From the NCBI GenBank assembly GCA_002269645.1, contig NIVC01002888.1, positions 16,937 through 80,936 on the forward strand: a DNA stretch of 64,000 nt. Direction: 5' to 3'. The stretch's first letter is position 1, and every line of letters begins with the position of its first letter. Positions 12,301 to 27,399 of this stretch are shown one piece after another. The notes beneath the pieces were generated by a model. The model ran no database searches. It was not told the origin of the DNA and saw only the letters and a program-made list of their open reading frames with translations. The position numbers and the translations under genes are program-made. The stretch comes from Macrostomum lignano (Eukaryota).

Positions 12301-15300
12301 TTTCAACGAACCGACAGCGCCTCTGCCGCAGCCCCGGCATTCGCAGCAGCAGCAGCAGGCTGGCACTGGAAATAGCGGAGCGTTCGCGCCAGGTGAGGAG
12401 ATGAGCTTTACCCGCAGAGTTGCTACAAAGTTAAGCAGAAGTTGGCTGCGGTCAGTACGCAGCCGAATCGGCTGATTGCATCACCCCCTCAGGACAGCCA
12501 CAGTGAGAGATTGGTCAACAAAGCTGAGCTCCAGTTTTGATTAAGTTGCAGCTCTGAGCTGCTATAGAAATGTATATTGTGGGAGCTGCGATCAGCACTG
12601 CACAAGCGGTACTCAGCCCTCAGAGGAGGCATTTGGGAACTGCGATTCGAACTAACATTGGGCCATTATGACTATTCGTTGTCAACTGGTCTTAATCCCT
12701 GTGCATAAGTCGCTTATTACCGCTCAATTTTCTAGTTGTATTTAACTATCAGTACGCATACACACAATAAGAGATTTGCTTCATGTTCTTCGCTTGCTAG
12801 TCTTTAGTAGGCGTGTTTGCAATAACCGCTCCCACCAACGCCCACCAACCACTTCAGTGAGCGACTCGCTCGCGGAGTTCCTGGCCAACGAGATGGCACT
12901 GAGCTCAGTCGATGGCTCGGCAAGTAGCAGCCCGCGCGGCAGCGCCAGCAGCCAGCAGCCTCCGGTCCAAGCAGCTCCGGCGGCTGCTCGCCCGGCCTCA
13001 TCTGTCCGCCGCGGCGTCATGCTTCGGCATCGGCAGCAGAACTCGCCGCTGTCGCTCAACCTGATGACGCCGCCGATGCCGCAAGCTGAGGCGGCGCCCG
13101 CTCCGGCAGCGTCTAGACAGCGTATGTGGCTTAGGGTGGCAGTCTGCCCAAACCATAAAGCTGTAACCCTCGCCCTAAACCTCTTTATAACCCTCTCCCT
13201 AACCCTCTCCCTAACCCTCTCCCTAACCCTCTCTCTAACCCTCTCCCTAACCCTCTCCCTAACCCTCTCCGTAACCCTCTCCCAAACCTTCTTCCAAACC
13301 CTCTCCCTAAACCCCCTCCCTAACCCTCGTCCTAACCCTCTCCCTAACACTCTCCCTAACCCTCTACCTAACCCTCTTCCTAACCCTCTCCCAAACCTTC
13401 TTCCAAACCCTCTCCCTAAACCCCCTCCCTAACCCTCGTCCTAACCCTCTCCCTAACACTCTCCCTAACCCTCTCCCTAACCCTCTCCCTAACCCTCTCC
13501 CTAACCCTCCCCCTAACCCTTTCCCTAACCCTCGCCCTACCCTCGCACTAACCCTAGCCCTAACCCTCGCCCTAACACTCGCACTAGCCCTCGCAGTCCT
13601 TTGCCGAAGCGACGCTATATTGCTACCCTAACCGTCGCCAAACCTTGTAGTTCATCATTTGGAGCCAGAAAGCGTCAATTTTCGAGTGGCAGAAATCTTC
13701 ATTTTGACAAATGAATCGTCATTTAATCGCCTTGGCGCTTTTTGTCTCGTCCTTTGAGTAGTTCTAACTAAAATTATATATCCCAGGGTTTCAAAAAAAA
13801 CATGAAACAAGAGTCCTAAACTCATGAATCACCAAAATCCATCAATTCCCTACTCCCAATTACAGAGCAGCCTTCGCAACTGTCGCTAGAAGAGCAGCGA
13901 CTAATGAAATCGTTGGACCGATTGAACACAAAACTGGGAAGGTGAGAGCTCTGAGAGTCTCAGAATTTAGTATAGCAAAGCAATAAATTATGATCAGATA
14001 GATAATTAATAAGCTCGATTTGAAGCTGAGGATCAGCCAGTTTCCATCAATTTACTTCGCAGAAATTACATGTATTTTGCTTTGTTACTACTTATTATCT
14101 GTAACAGAAAATTAGTATGCACGCACATTTTTTCTACTTATACATGAATCGTATGATTCCCAGGATAAATGCCATTGTAATAAAAGAAACCAGGTTACTG
14201 TAAATTTAAATATATTCAAATGTTCGCCAACAGATTTCGTTAAACAAATTTAAACATCTATAATATATTTGGTTTGAAACCCATTCAGAACTTAGAACAT
14301 TCTGAGTGGCTAAATCCTGAAAAATATTATAACTAATAAGCATTAAAAAGTAATTTCTGCTGCTGTCATGCAATAAAACAAAACAATGAGAATGATAATT
14401 TCGGCACGCTTCGTATCAGCATGAAAATCTAAAGATGATAATTATGTACCACCTTTGAATTTCAGTGACCGGTCATAGCCATGAAGCTTGGTGTCAAGTA
14501 AAACCTCAATTTGGCTGCCACCAATTACTTTGATTGATTCAGAATTTAATATGAAAAATCGAATATGTATCAGATGTATCTTAGAAAGATCAAAATCAAA
14601 CAATTTGCCTTAAATATCAATTTGTGCCTATCCAACTAATATTTTCAGCGACTTTTAATAACAGTTTTCTGTTATTAATTGTTTTTTATTTGCTGTTAAT
14701 CATTTTACTGATCAAATATGATATATTACAGTGTTCGATGCCTTAAAATTTAATTTATTTCCTATTCTATGTTGTCTTTTATCTAACCTGGTAAATGCAT
14801 GTGATTTTCCGCCTGAGCAGCGCTTAGTCTTCTGTGTCCATGCAAATTATTCTTGAATATTTTTTACAACTTTTTTTCTCGTTTCGTAACCGCGGGTACA
14901 TTTTCTAAGAAAGCCATGGAAGATTAAATTGACGTCACATATGGTACCAACAAGGCTATTCCGTATGCATGAATGCGTTTTTTATTATTTAGTAATCTAC
15001 TTTATAATGGAAAAGATTGATTGATTCCTGGTAATGAACTCTAATCTTGTTCTCAAATTGACTTTCTTCTTTAAAGTGCTGTGCCTGTTTGTATATTGTG
15101 CATTTTATGTCTGCCTTAATACCCAACAATTATGTCACATATCTTTGTGTGTAATTTTTTTTGCGAAACCTGTTCGAAATTTATTGTGATTTATAAAGAA
15201 ATACGAAGTAGAGACACTCCATATTTACGAGAAAGCTCTGCATGTAGCGGTCAATACATGGAGTCAGGGTTGCATATCGACTTTAAAGAGTGCACGAGCT

Positions 15301-15395
15301 ACTTACAACTTCGATAGTTTTAACTTTACTTGGTTTTTTCGTCTAACAGGCTAAAACACACAGTCTGTCAGAAGAACTACAAGAGTATGAGCTAG
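9320..15395 (+). CDS. CEP126: Centrosomal protein CEP126 (KIAA1377) orthologue
   Basis: Exons 9320-9414, 9512-9663, 10149-12392, 12801-13121, 13866-13941, 15350-15395; phase-consistent. Recognised blocks: [68 protein letters not shown] and [19 protein letters not shown]. The start exon is less certain. Confidence 0.82.
13164..13600. repeat. Telomere-like 12-bp minisatellite (CCCTAACCCTCT)n in CEP126 intron 4
   Basis: Read directly; alternates canonical CCCTAA with variant hexamers. Confidence 0.9.
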
Positions 15396-15897
15396 AAATA
15401 TGAGTTAGCTCTTACTTTATTTTAGTTTACTTTAGTTTTTAGTTTCTAGGCCTTTCTATTGTTCAATTTTCTAAATAATTCAGAGACATAATGCGCCAAA
15501 CTTTCTACTCTTAGTAGGCTATAAATAAAATAACGATTTATTCTTTCACACTACATCTCTGCTGGAGAGAAGATTCTAGAAAGTTTATACAGATTTCCAC
15601 ATATGGAAACTGGATGCCTGACGGAGAATACGAGCTAAAGAAACTCTGCTCAAGCTGCTCAAGAATTTACAAGGTCGAGGCAGAGTTTGCTCAACAATTC
15701 CAGCTCTGCGAGTGTATTCAATCCCTTACCCCTCGCCTCACTCTATTGTTCCGAGCAACTGCAAACACAAGAGAAATATGAGAGAGCAAAAAAAACTAGA
15801 ATAAGCCAGGAAAAGCCGAGCTAGTTCGCATCAAGCATCTTCTGCTTGTGCTTGCTTTCAAAACAGTTGAGTCTGTCCATAGTGGCAAGCCGAAAGC

Positions 15898-18866
15898 ATG
15901 GCTGAGATATTCCAACAGCTCTACAGCATCAACATTGTCAGCTACGTTGGTGTTGAAGACTTTGCCGACAGACTGAGCTTCCAGATCACCGTCACCCTGC
16001 TGACTGCGTGCTGCGGCCTCACAACTTTCATGTGCTACATCATGCGGCCGGTGGCCTGCTTCCAGCACAACACCTTCGGCGAGTTTATGGATGGAAAGGT
16101 GACAGTTAAATCAACTCTTCAGCTACCTCAGGAATTACCCTGTGAATTTACCACCGCCACTATACCCAATACAATAAAATCAGACTCCATTTTACAAGTA
16201 CAATTTTAACGTCTTCCATAAACCACAAATTTAGAGTCACAAATTCTCGGCACATTCCGTTTACTCCTGAACACACACAAGCCCGCCAATACTGTACACT
16301 CTATCTGTGCTTTGGGGTCGGCCCTCGCACGACAACGACAATGTGGCCGTGGAGCAAAAGGAATCAGATGCGTTTATCGTCGAGCCGCATCGCCTCCCTT
16401 ACCCAGCCTGCTATACCAGAAGCTACTCAAAAAATGACTAACCTAGTGCTAAATTCTCTGTGCTGGCACAAATTTCCAGGACATCGGCGGCCAGATCGAA
16501 TATTCGACTAATTTCTGCTGGACCGAGGGCACCTACGCGGTGCATCCAAATAATTTCAGCATCGACATCACGGCCAGAGATGGCGGCATGAGTGCCTACG
16601 CGGACAAGAAGATTGTCTACTACCAGTGGGTGCCGTTCCTGCTGGCCCTGCAGGCACTGATGTTCTACCTGCCTCGGCTGCTGTGGAACAGCATCAGCTA
16701 CGACAGGGCCGGCACAGACGTCGGCCACATCATCAAAGTGGCCAGCGATGCCGGCAGAGAAGAAGAGGAAGCGCACGACAAGCTGATCACCTATGCGGTC
16801 AGAATGATCGAAGTGATGCTTGACAGGACGCACAAGTGTCACGAGGAGCGGCCGTTGGTTGCGACGACTAAGAATAAGTGCTCCAGGTGAGGCCGACTGT
16901 GGGAGCGGTACGCAAAGGATACGTGTTGGGGACGAAATGACAAGTATTAGTGCAGCAACAGGGACAGGGACAGTGTCAGCGATAGTGACGATTCACAGCC
17001 GAAAGGACCAGCCCCCAAGGCACAGAGAGTGCACATGCCTGACCTTGTGTGAGCGTGTGTATGACGCTGAAAGCGGCCGTGGGATGATATCGCCGTGGTG
17101 GGGAGGCTTCACAAGCGCTAATTTTCATAAGCGCTAATTTTCATAAGCACTAACTCACCTACTTTCACAAGCGCTAAACTTCACAAGCGCTAAACTTCAC
17201 AAGCGCTAAACTTCACAAGCGCTAAACTTCACATTAGCTACGAATTTTTCACCTACTTTCACAAGCGCTTAACTTCACAAACGCTGAACTTCACAAACGC
17301 TAAAACACAAATGTCGCCTACTTTCACAAGCGCTAAAATAGTATATTAGTATATTAGTATATATAGTATATTAACATTTTAGCGCTTGTAAAAGAAGCCG
17401 AAATTCGTGTTTTGGGGATTGTAAAGGTTAGCGGTTGTGAAGTTTAGCGTTTGTGAAGTTTAGCGCTTGTGAAGTTCAGCGCTTGTGAAAGTAGGTGGTT
17501 TCGCTATTATGAAGTTTAGCGCTTGTGAAATTTAGCGCTTGTGAAAGTCAATGTCGTTAGCGGTTATGAAAATTAGCGCTTGTGAAAGTCAATGTCGTTA
17601 GCGGTTATGAAAATTAGCGCTTGTGAAAGTCAATGTCGTTAGCGGTTATGAAAATTAGCGCTTGTGAAAGTCAATGTCGTTAGCGGTTATGAAAATTAGC
17701 GCTTGTGAAAGTCAATGTCGTTAGCGGTTATGAAAATTAGCGCTTGTGAAAGCGACCCGCCGTGGTGCCGCAGCCCTCCTGCGAATATTTATTTTTACGA
17801 CACTACTCCAGTCTCACCAAGAACGAGATGCAACGCTTAGCAAAGACTCCCCCAACCCGCTTATTCCACCGATTTCAGATTCCTGTCCGTAGCGCTGCCG
17901 TCCCGCATATCGGGTAGCTGGCTAATCTTCACCTACTTGGTTGTTAAGCTGACCTACGCTAGCAACGCAGTTGCTCAACTGGTGCTGATGCAGTACTTCC
18001 TGCAGTTGCACGGCTCGCACTATCATCTGCTGGGCATCAGCCTCCTGAGCGACATTGTGCGCGGCCACGATTGGCACAACAGCATGGCTTTCCCCCGCGT
18101 CGGCTGCTGCGCCGTTTTTATGCGCTCTGGCGCGGCAGGCAACTGGCAATTCTGCCAGTGCACCCTGCCGGTGAACATCATCAACGAGAAAATCTACATC
18201 TTTCTGTGGTTCTGGTTCATCTTTGTAGCCGCTGCAACTCTGCTGAGCACCATCGTCTGGCTCTACCGACTTGTTAACGCCAGCTTAACCTGCCGATTCG
18301 TGAAGAAATACCTCCGGCTCGCCGATAATTATTCGGTCGAGCTGCGCAACCGCAAGAGATTTCTGCGCAACTTCACGCATCAGTTCCTGCGACGGGACGG
18401 CGCCTTCGTGCTGAAGATGGTCGCATTAAACGCCGGCGATGTTGTCTGCGCCGAGATCATCCAGCGCCTGTGGCAGCACTATCTCGTAGATGAAGGCTTC
18501 AGCGACGACGGGGAGGCGGCCGAGGAGTCGCTGCTGTTGGAGGAGGGATCTGAGCAGCAGCAGCAGCAGCCTCAGCAAGCGGAGCTGAAGAAGCCCGAGA
18601 CCGGCATTCTCAAGCTGTCGTGCGACCGCCTGCCACCAAAGCTGGAATCATCCAGAAGGAGGCTTCGAAGGTCGTCGCTTGGAACGCCAACCGCCGCCGC
18701 CGCTGAGGCTGCCGCTGCCGCCGCTGCGACAGCCGCCGAGGACCCGACCGTGGCGGCGACTTTGCCCCAGAAACGCTGCCTGAAAGGTGGCCTCAGCCGC
18801 GGCGTCAGCTTCCACATTGACGAGGACCGAGATGACGAGGCGGACAGTGAGGGAATCAAGTCTTGA
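15898..18866 (+). CDS. inx: Innexin (invertebrate gap-junction protein)
   Basis: Exons 15898-16098, 16480-16886, 17879-18866. Motifs DFADRLS, NFCWTEGTY, YYQWVPFLLALQALMFYLPRLLW, FPRV and C-LPVNIINEKIYIFLWFW. Confidence 0.96.
16235..16400 (-). mobile_element. SINE family A, copy 2 (innexin intron 1, internally deleted)
   Basis: The reverse complement reads GAGGGCCGACCCCAAAGCACAGATAGAGTGTACAGTATTGGCGGGC, matching copy 4 with a deletion between two GTGTACA repeats. Confidence 0.6.
17003..17100 (+). mobile_element. SINE family A, copy 3 (partial, innexin intron 2)
   Basis: CCCCCAAGGCACAGAGAGTGCACATGCCTGAC followed by CTTGTGTGAGCGTGTGTATGA; both segments match copy 4. Confidence 0.65.
17101..17758. 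mobile_element. Foldback/MULE-like non-autonomous DNA transposon (MITE)
   Basis: 9-bp TSD GCCGTGGTG (17092-17100 and 17759-17767). Both termini begin GGG. The left arm repeats TTCACAAGCGCTA and the right arm its reverse complement, with a 41-bp tandem subrepeat in the right arm. Confidence 0.85.
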
Positions 18867-19435
18867 ACTCGAATCGGCTTGAATTTCGCAACTCGCGAGG
18901 CTACTTTCAATAGCAGCTGTGCATCAGTTGCATCGTTTCAAAATCCAAGAATTTATTTAGCGCCGAGTTTTGTGAAAATATCTACGGTCCTATTTAGCTA
19001 TCGAGAGTTTATTTTGTAAATGTAAATTTAAAATATATACCTTGCATTACAACCGTTTCGGTTATCTATAAAAGTTTTTTTTTAAACTCCAAGCTGCCCT
19101 ATGGTTAGCAAAGCTGGCCCTGGCTTAGCTTTAGCCGTTGTTAATATTCCAATATTTCTACAGTCAATGACTGAGACAAGCCATAGTTCTAAGCCTTTCC
19201 TGCCAGCAACACTGACCACATAATATCCACCAGAGGAAATGCATGTTTGCTTACTTCTATATGTAAAACTGTGAAGCCGATTATCACAATTTGGTGTACA
19301 CCTACCTATAGAATTTGTTCTATAGCTGGCCAATCTACATTGGCTCTGTACTGTACGAAATGTACAGTATTGTATAATGTACAGCTAATTCTTCGCATAG
19401 ACAAAATGCTCTCTTCTCTGCAGCGATAGTCTATG

Positions 19436-19555
19436 GCCAGCCCTGCTGACCATGTATAAACAATATGCTCCCTACACCGCAGCAATAGTCTATGGCCAGG
19501 CCTACTGACCGTGTTTAAAAAATTTGCTCCCTTCCCTGCAGCGATAGTCTATGAC
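19436..19555. repeat. Short ~58-bp tandem repeat (2-2.5 copies)
   Basis: CAGC(G/A)ATAGTCTATG(G/A)CC recurs three times. Confidence 0.6.
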
Positions 19556-19669
19556 CTTATTTTCTTATTTTCAGTCTTCTGTGTGAAGAGACTTTAAGCA
19601 AATAATATAAAGCCCTTGTCGTTTGATCTGCAGCAAATCCGATACTGCAGAATCTTCAATCTTCAAAAT

Positions 19670-20200
19670 AACCTAAAACTGCTTAAAAGCTACTCCGAAA
19701 CTACGAGTAATTTAAACTACTTTGAAAAAACTACTCTAAAACTACTGCAAAACCAACCAACGCTACCCTAAATGTAAAACTGAAACTAAGAGCTACCTAT
19801 AAACTACTACCAAAACTACCAAAACGGCCCAAAATTGCAAACAAAACCACTCTAAGGCTTAGACTGAAGCTTGCCAGTAAATTACAACCAAAACTACTTT
19901 AAAATTACGTTTGAACAAAAGTAAGATACTCCAAATCTACATTCGAAACTCTGAAACTACCTCTGAACTGCCATCAAAGCTAGGAGCGTCCGTAATGATA
20001 AGAACAAAATAACGTTAAAGCTGCAACGCAAACTGCTCCACAATAAGGCCAAAACTACCCTAAAACTGCGAAAAACACTGTCTGAGAAAATTACAAGAAA
20101 ATAATCCACCCTCAGAATCAGCAGCAGCCGAAATACGTTAGCCAAACCGACTTCTACCCAATGCAGTCTGAGAATTAGTAAAAGTAGCAATCGCCTCAAA
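19670..20200. repeat. Degenerate A/C-rich low-complexity tract (AAACTAC-like)
   Basis: Recurrent aaaactac/aaact words with strong strand bias. Confidence 0.5.
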
Positions 20201-20615
20201 CAGAGGTCGACATGAAGATAAGAGTACAAATGCGCTCTTCTTCCCTTGGGACACTTCCATTTGGTTCGTGTAGGAAATTCCCAAAAGCAAGAGCTCAACC
20301 TGGCCGGAAAATTTCCTGGTTGATCCTCCCTCTCATTCTCATCTTTCCCACGTGACGTTGGAACACCCTTATCAGCATCGGGTGTTTGTCAAAGGGTCTC
20401 GGGATTAGAGATCGTCTATTAGATAAGAGGCAGGGGCAAAGTAGAAGCAAATATATCGGTCACGAAATAACGTACAGCTTCAGTAAGAGCAGATTTTCCT
20501 GGGCTTTTTCTTGGTTTCGGTAAATCAGCTCAACTTTATGAGGCCAGATTAGAAGCATACAGTTAGTAATTTGAATGAAGGGCAGAGCTAAACGCTGCAA
20601 AATACATATCAGTGG

Positions 20616-20905
20616 GTAGCACACTGATGGAGCCGAGGGTAGCACACTGATGGAGCCGAGGGTAGCACACTGATGAAGCCGAGGTAGCACACTGATGAAG
20701 CCGAGGTAGCACACTGAAGGAGCCGAGGGTAGCACACTGAAGGACCTAATAGTAGCACACTGAAGGACCTAATAGTAGCACACTGAAGGACCTAATAGTA
20801 GCACACTGAAGGACCTAATAGTAGCACACTGAAGGACCTAATAGTAGCACACTGAAGGACCTAATAGTAGCACACTGAAGGACCTAATAGTAGCACACTG
20901 AAGGA
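20616..20905. repeat. 23-bp minisatellite GTAGCACACTGAAGGACCTAATA with variant units
   Basis: About 12 copies read directly; two unit types in sequence. Confidence 0.93.
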
Positions 20906-20955
20906 CTCCCACCTAGATTTCCCACCACTCTGCTGTAGACCTTTCAAGTCTGAAG

Positions 20956-24272
<3,317 letters not shown>

Positions 24273-24504
24273 GTCGCTACTCTGGTGGTCAACTGACGGA
24301 GTGCTTTAAGTACATAATTCAAGGCAACAGCTGCTCCCACTTGATGCAATCCAAATATATTTGATCACCAAATCTTTACTGGCAAATAGGCCTTTTCAAA
24401 AAATATATGTACCATCGAAAAATTCTCCTTAACTTCAACAATTTCTGACTTTTTAATGGCAAACTGAAGTCAGTGCGTGTCTTTGATTTGAGCTTCAGCT
24501 GCAG

Positions 24505-25397
24505 GTTTGCAACCAAAATGCAACCAAGATGCAACCAAGATGCAACCAAAATGCAACCAAAATGCTACCAAATTGCAACCAAAATTCTACCAAATTGCAA
24601 CCAAAATTCTACCAAAATGCAACCAAAATGCAACCAAAATGCAACCAAAATGCAACCAAAATGCAACCAAAATGCAACCAAATTGCAACCAAAATGCAAC
24701 CAAATTGCAACCAAATTTCAACCAAAATGCAACCAAAATGCAACCAAAATGCAACCAAATTGCAATCGAAATGCTACCAAAATGTAACCAAATTGCAACC
24801 AAATTGCAACCAAAATGCAACCAAAATGCAACCAAATGCAACTAAAATGCAACCAATATGCAACCAATATGCAACCAAAATGCAACCAAAATGCAACCAA
24901 ATTGCAACCAAAATGCAACCAAATTGCAACCAAAATGCAACCAAGATGCAACCAAAATGCAACCAAACTGCAATCAAAATGCAACCAAATGCAACCAAAA
25001 TGCAACCAAACTGCAATCAAAATGCAACCAAATGCAACTAAAATGCAACCAAAATGCAACCAAAATGCAACCAATATGCAACCAAATTGCAACCAAATTG
25101 CAACCAAATTGCAACCAAAATGCAACCAAATTGCAACCAAAATGCAACCAAATTGCAACCAAATTGCAACCAAAATGCAACCAAATTGCAACCAAAATGC
25201 AACCAAGATGCAACCAAATTGCAACCAAATTGCAACCAAATTGCAACCAAAATGCAACCAAAATGCAACTAAAATGCAACCAAAATTCTACCAAAATGCA
25301 ACCAAAGTGCAAGCAAAGTGCAACTAAAATGCAACCAAAATGCAACCAAATTGCAACCAATTTGCAACCAAATTGCAACCAAAATGCAACCAAAATG
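24505..25397. repeat. 10/11-bp minisatellite (A/T)TGCAACCAAA(A)
   Basis: Read directly; about 80 units. Confidence 0.97.
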
Positions 25398-26802
25398 CTA
25401 GGATTCTAACAATGACACTTCGTCAGCATGCCTTTCAAAATTATTGGTGCATAAAAATGTCCTTAATTTTTCTCTTACTCATTGTTCGACTGAAATCAGG
25501 GCGAAAGCAAAAAAGCGGCTGTAATTGCTGCAGAAGTACGAGCATGATTGACAAAACACTCCCAGCGCTATTGTTGATTGGAAAACCAGTTTAGCAACTG
25601 GAACTGAGCGCTTTGTTCTATAATAAATCTGACTCTTAATGCATCCGAGTGAGACTGTCAACCAAAGATATGGCAACAGTTTCCATAGAGCGGATTGAAC
25701 CAGTATGGGGTGGTTGATCACGTGACTGCATAGATTCTGTCGCGGCTAGTTTGAGTAGATGCCTGATTGCTGCACTCTGCAAAAAAATACATTCTTGCAG
25801 CATAGCATCATGTTCCTATCTTAAGTCGTAAGATAGTGACATAAAGTTACAGGAAGTGAAGAAAGAAACAAGCAGACACAAGCAGTGAAGCGACAGGCAA
25901 GTGACAGAATGTGACAGAAACTGATAGAAAGTCTCAAAAAGAGACAGGAAGTTTCGGTAAAGAATGATAACGCTGAAGTTAGATATCGCAAGACACTGTG
26001 GCGCATGACAGAATAACAAGCTGATGAGGAGAAGCTGTTTTGAAGAGGATAAATATATAGGTGTCAAAGAGCATCACAGCCTCTATTTAAACAAAAATAT
26101 TGAACTGGTTTACTTGTGAGTTGGCACAACTGCTTTTAAATGTCAGCGAGTCACCCTCCAGTGTACTTATTCAGCTATTCTATTATTGTTTTGCAGCAAT
26201 GCATGAGCGCTTCTGCTTGGTGTCATGCCAGCGCGAATCGGGTTGTTGATCGAGCAAGCCAATCGGTGCAGAAGCTTGGGATCAAAAGCCGGGGGGGGGG
26301 AGGCAGAAGCAGAGAAGCAGTTGAACCAATGGCAGATGGTCCCAGGTAAACTTTATCTTCCCATTTTTGCTCTATCGGTACTCGATCGACAGTCTCTCTG
26401 GGTTATAAATTCCAACTGCAACTCTGTAGTACCTACGTGCTTAAAAGCCTGATTTATTGAATAGTGAATCTATTGAAAATTGCCATCTTCAATCTTCTGT
26501 GAATACTTTATTAGAAAAGGTAAGTGATTCAGCTGGTTTATTATTAATATTTACTCGTACGAGAAAAACAATAGCTTTGCAATTGAACATTTTAAACTTA
26601 ACTTCATAATTTAGAAAATACTGTCTCGATGTTTAAACATTTCAATGCAAAGGCTTTGTACGCGTACGAGTATCTATCAAGAGGCTTCAGAAATTCAATG
26701 CGCATTACTCATAAAAGTACAATATGCAACAAAGATTAAGCTAGGAGAATGAAAGGAATCGTCACTCATCCGAATAGCTAATTAAAATACAGTATAGAAG
26801 CC

Positions 26803-27194
26803 CATTAATTTCAAGCAGGGGTAGAAAGATAAGCAAATAGAGCGGAGACTAGCTAGTGTACATATGGAAGCCAACCATTTAATTTCAAGCAGGGGTAGAA
26901 AGATAAGCAAATAGAGCGGAGACTAGCTAGTGTACATATGGAAGCCAACCATTTAATTTCAAGCAGGGGTAGAAAGATAAGCAAATAGAGCGGAGACTAG
27001 CTAGTGTACATATGGAAGCCAGCCATTTAATTTCAAGCAGGGGTAGAAAGATAAGCAAATAGAGCGGAGACTAGCTAGTGTACATATGGAAGCCAGCCAT
27101 TTAACTTCAAGCAGGGGTAGAAAGATAAGCAAAGAGTGCGAATACTAGCTAGTGTACATATGGAAGCCAGCCATTTAATTTCAAGCAGGGGTAG
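26803..27194. repeat. 74-bp tandem repeat, about 5.3 copies
   Basis: TCAAGCAGGGG recurs at 26811, 26885, 26959, 27033, 27107 and 27181. Confidence 0.97.
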
Positions 27195-27399
27195 ACAAAG
27201 TAGACAAAGCTTTAAACAAAGTTAGAATGGTTACAACAATATGCGTGCTCTAGCTCTATCCAAAGCCAGCTAATTACTGTAAGATAGGATGCAAGCTCAC
27301 ACGCGTGACTAGTCAATGTCCAGTCTAAATAGCTCGCAACGCCAATCAGAGTCAAGAAAGGTATAGAAATATAGAAAGATTACCTGTGTCCAACCCAGC

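Noticed and set aside
26200-26346. Possible exon ending at a GTAAAC donor upstream of the GPCR
   Set aside because: It cannot be linked in frame to any gene; it may be a UTR exon but is unsupported.
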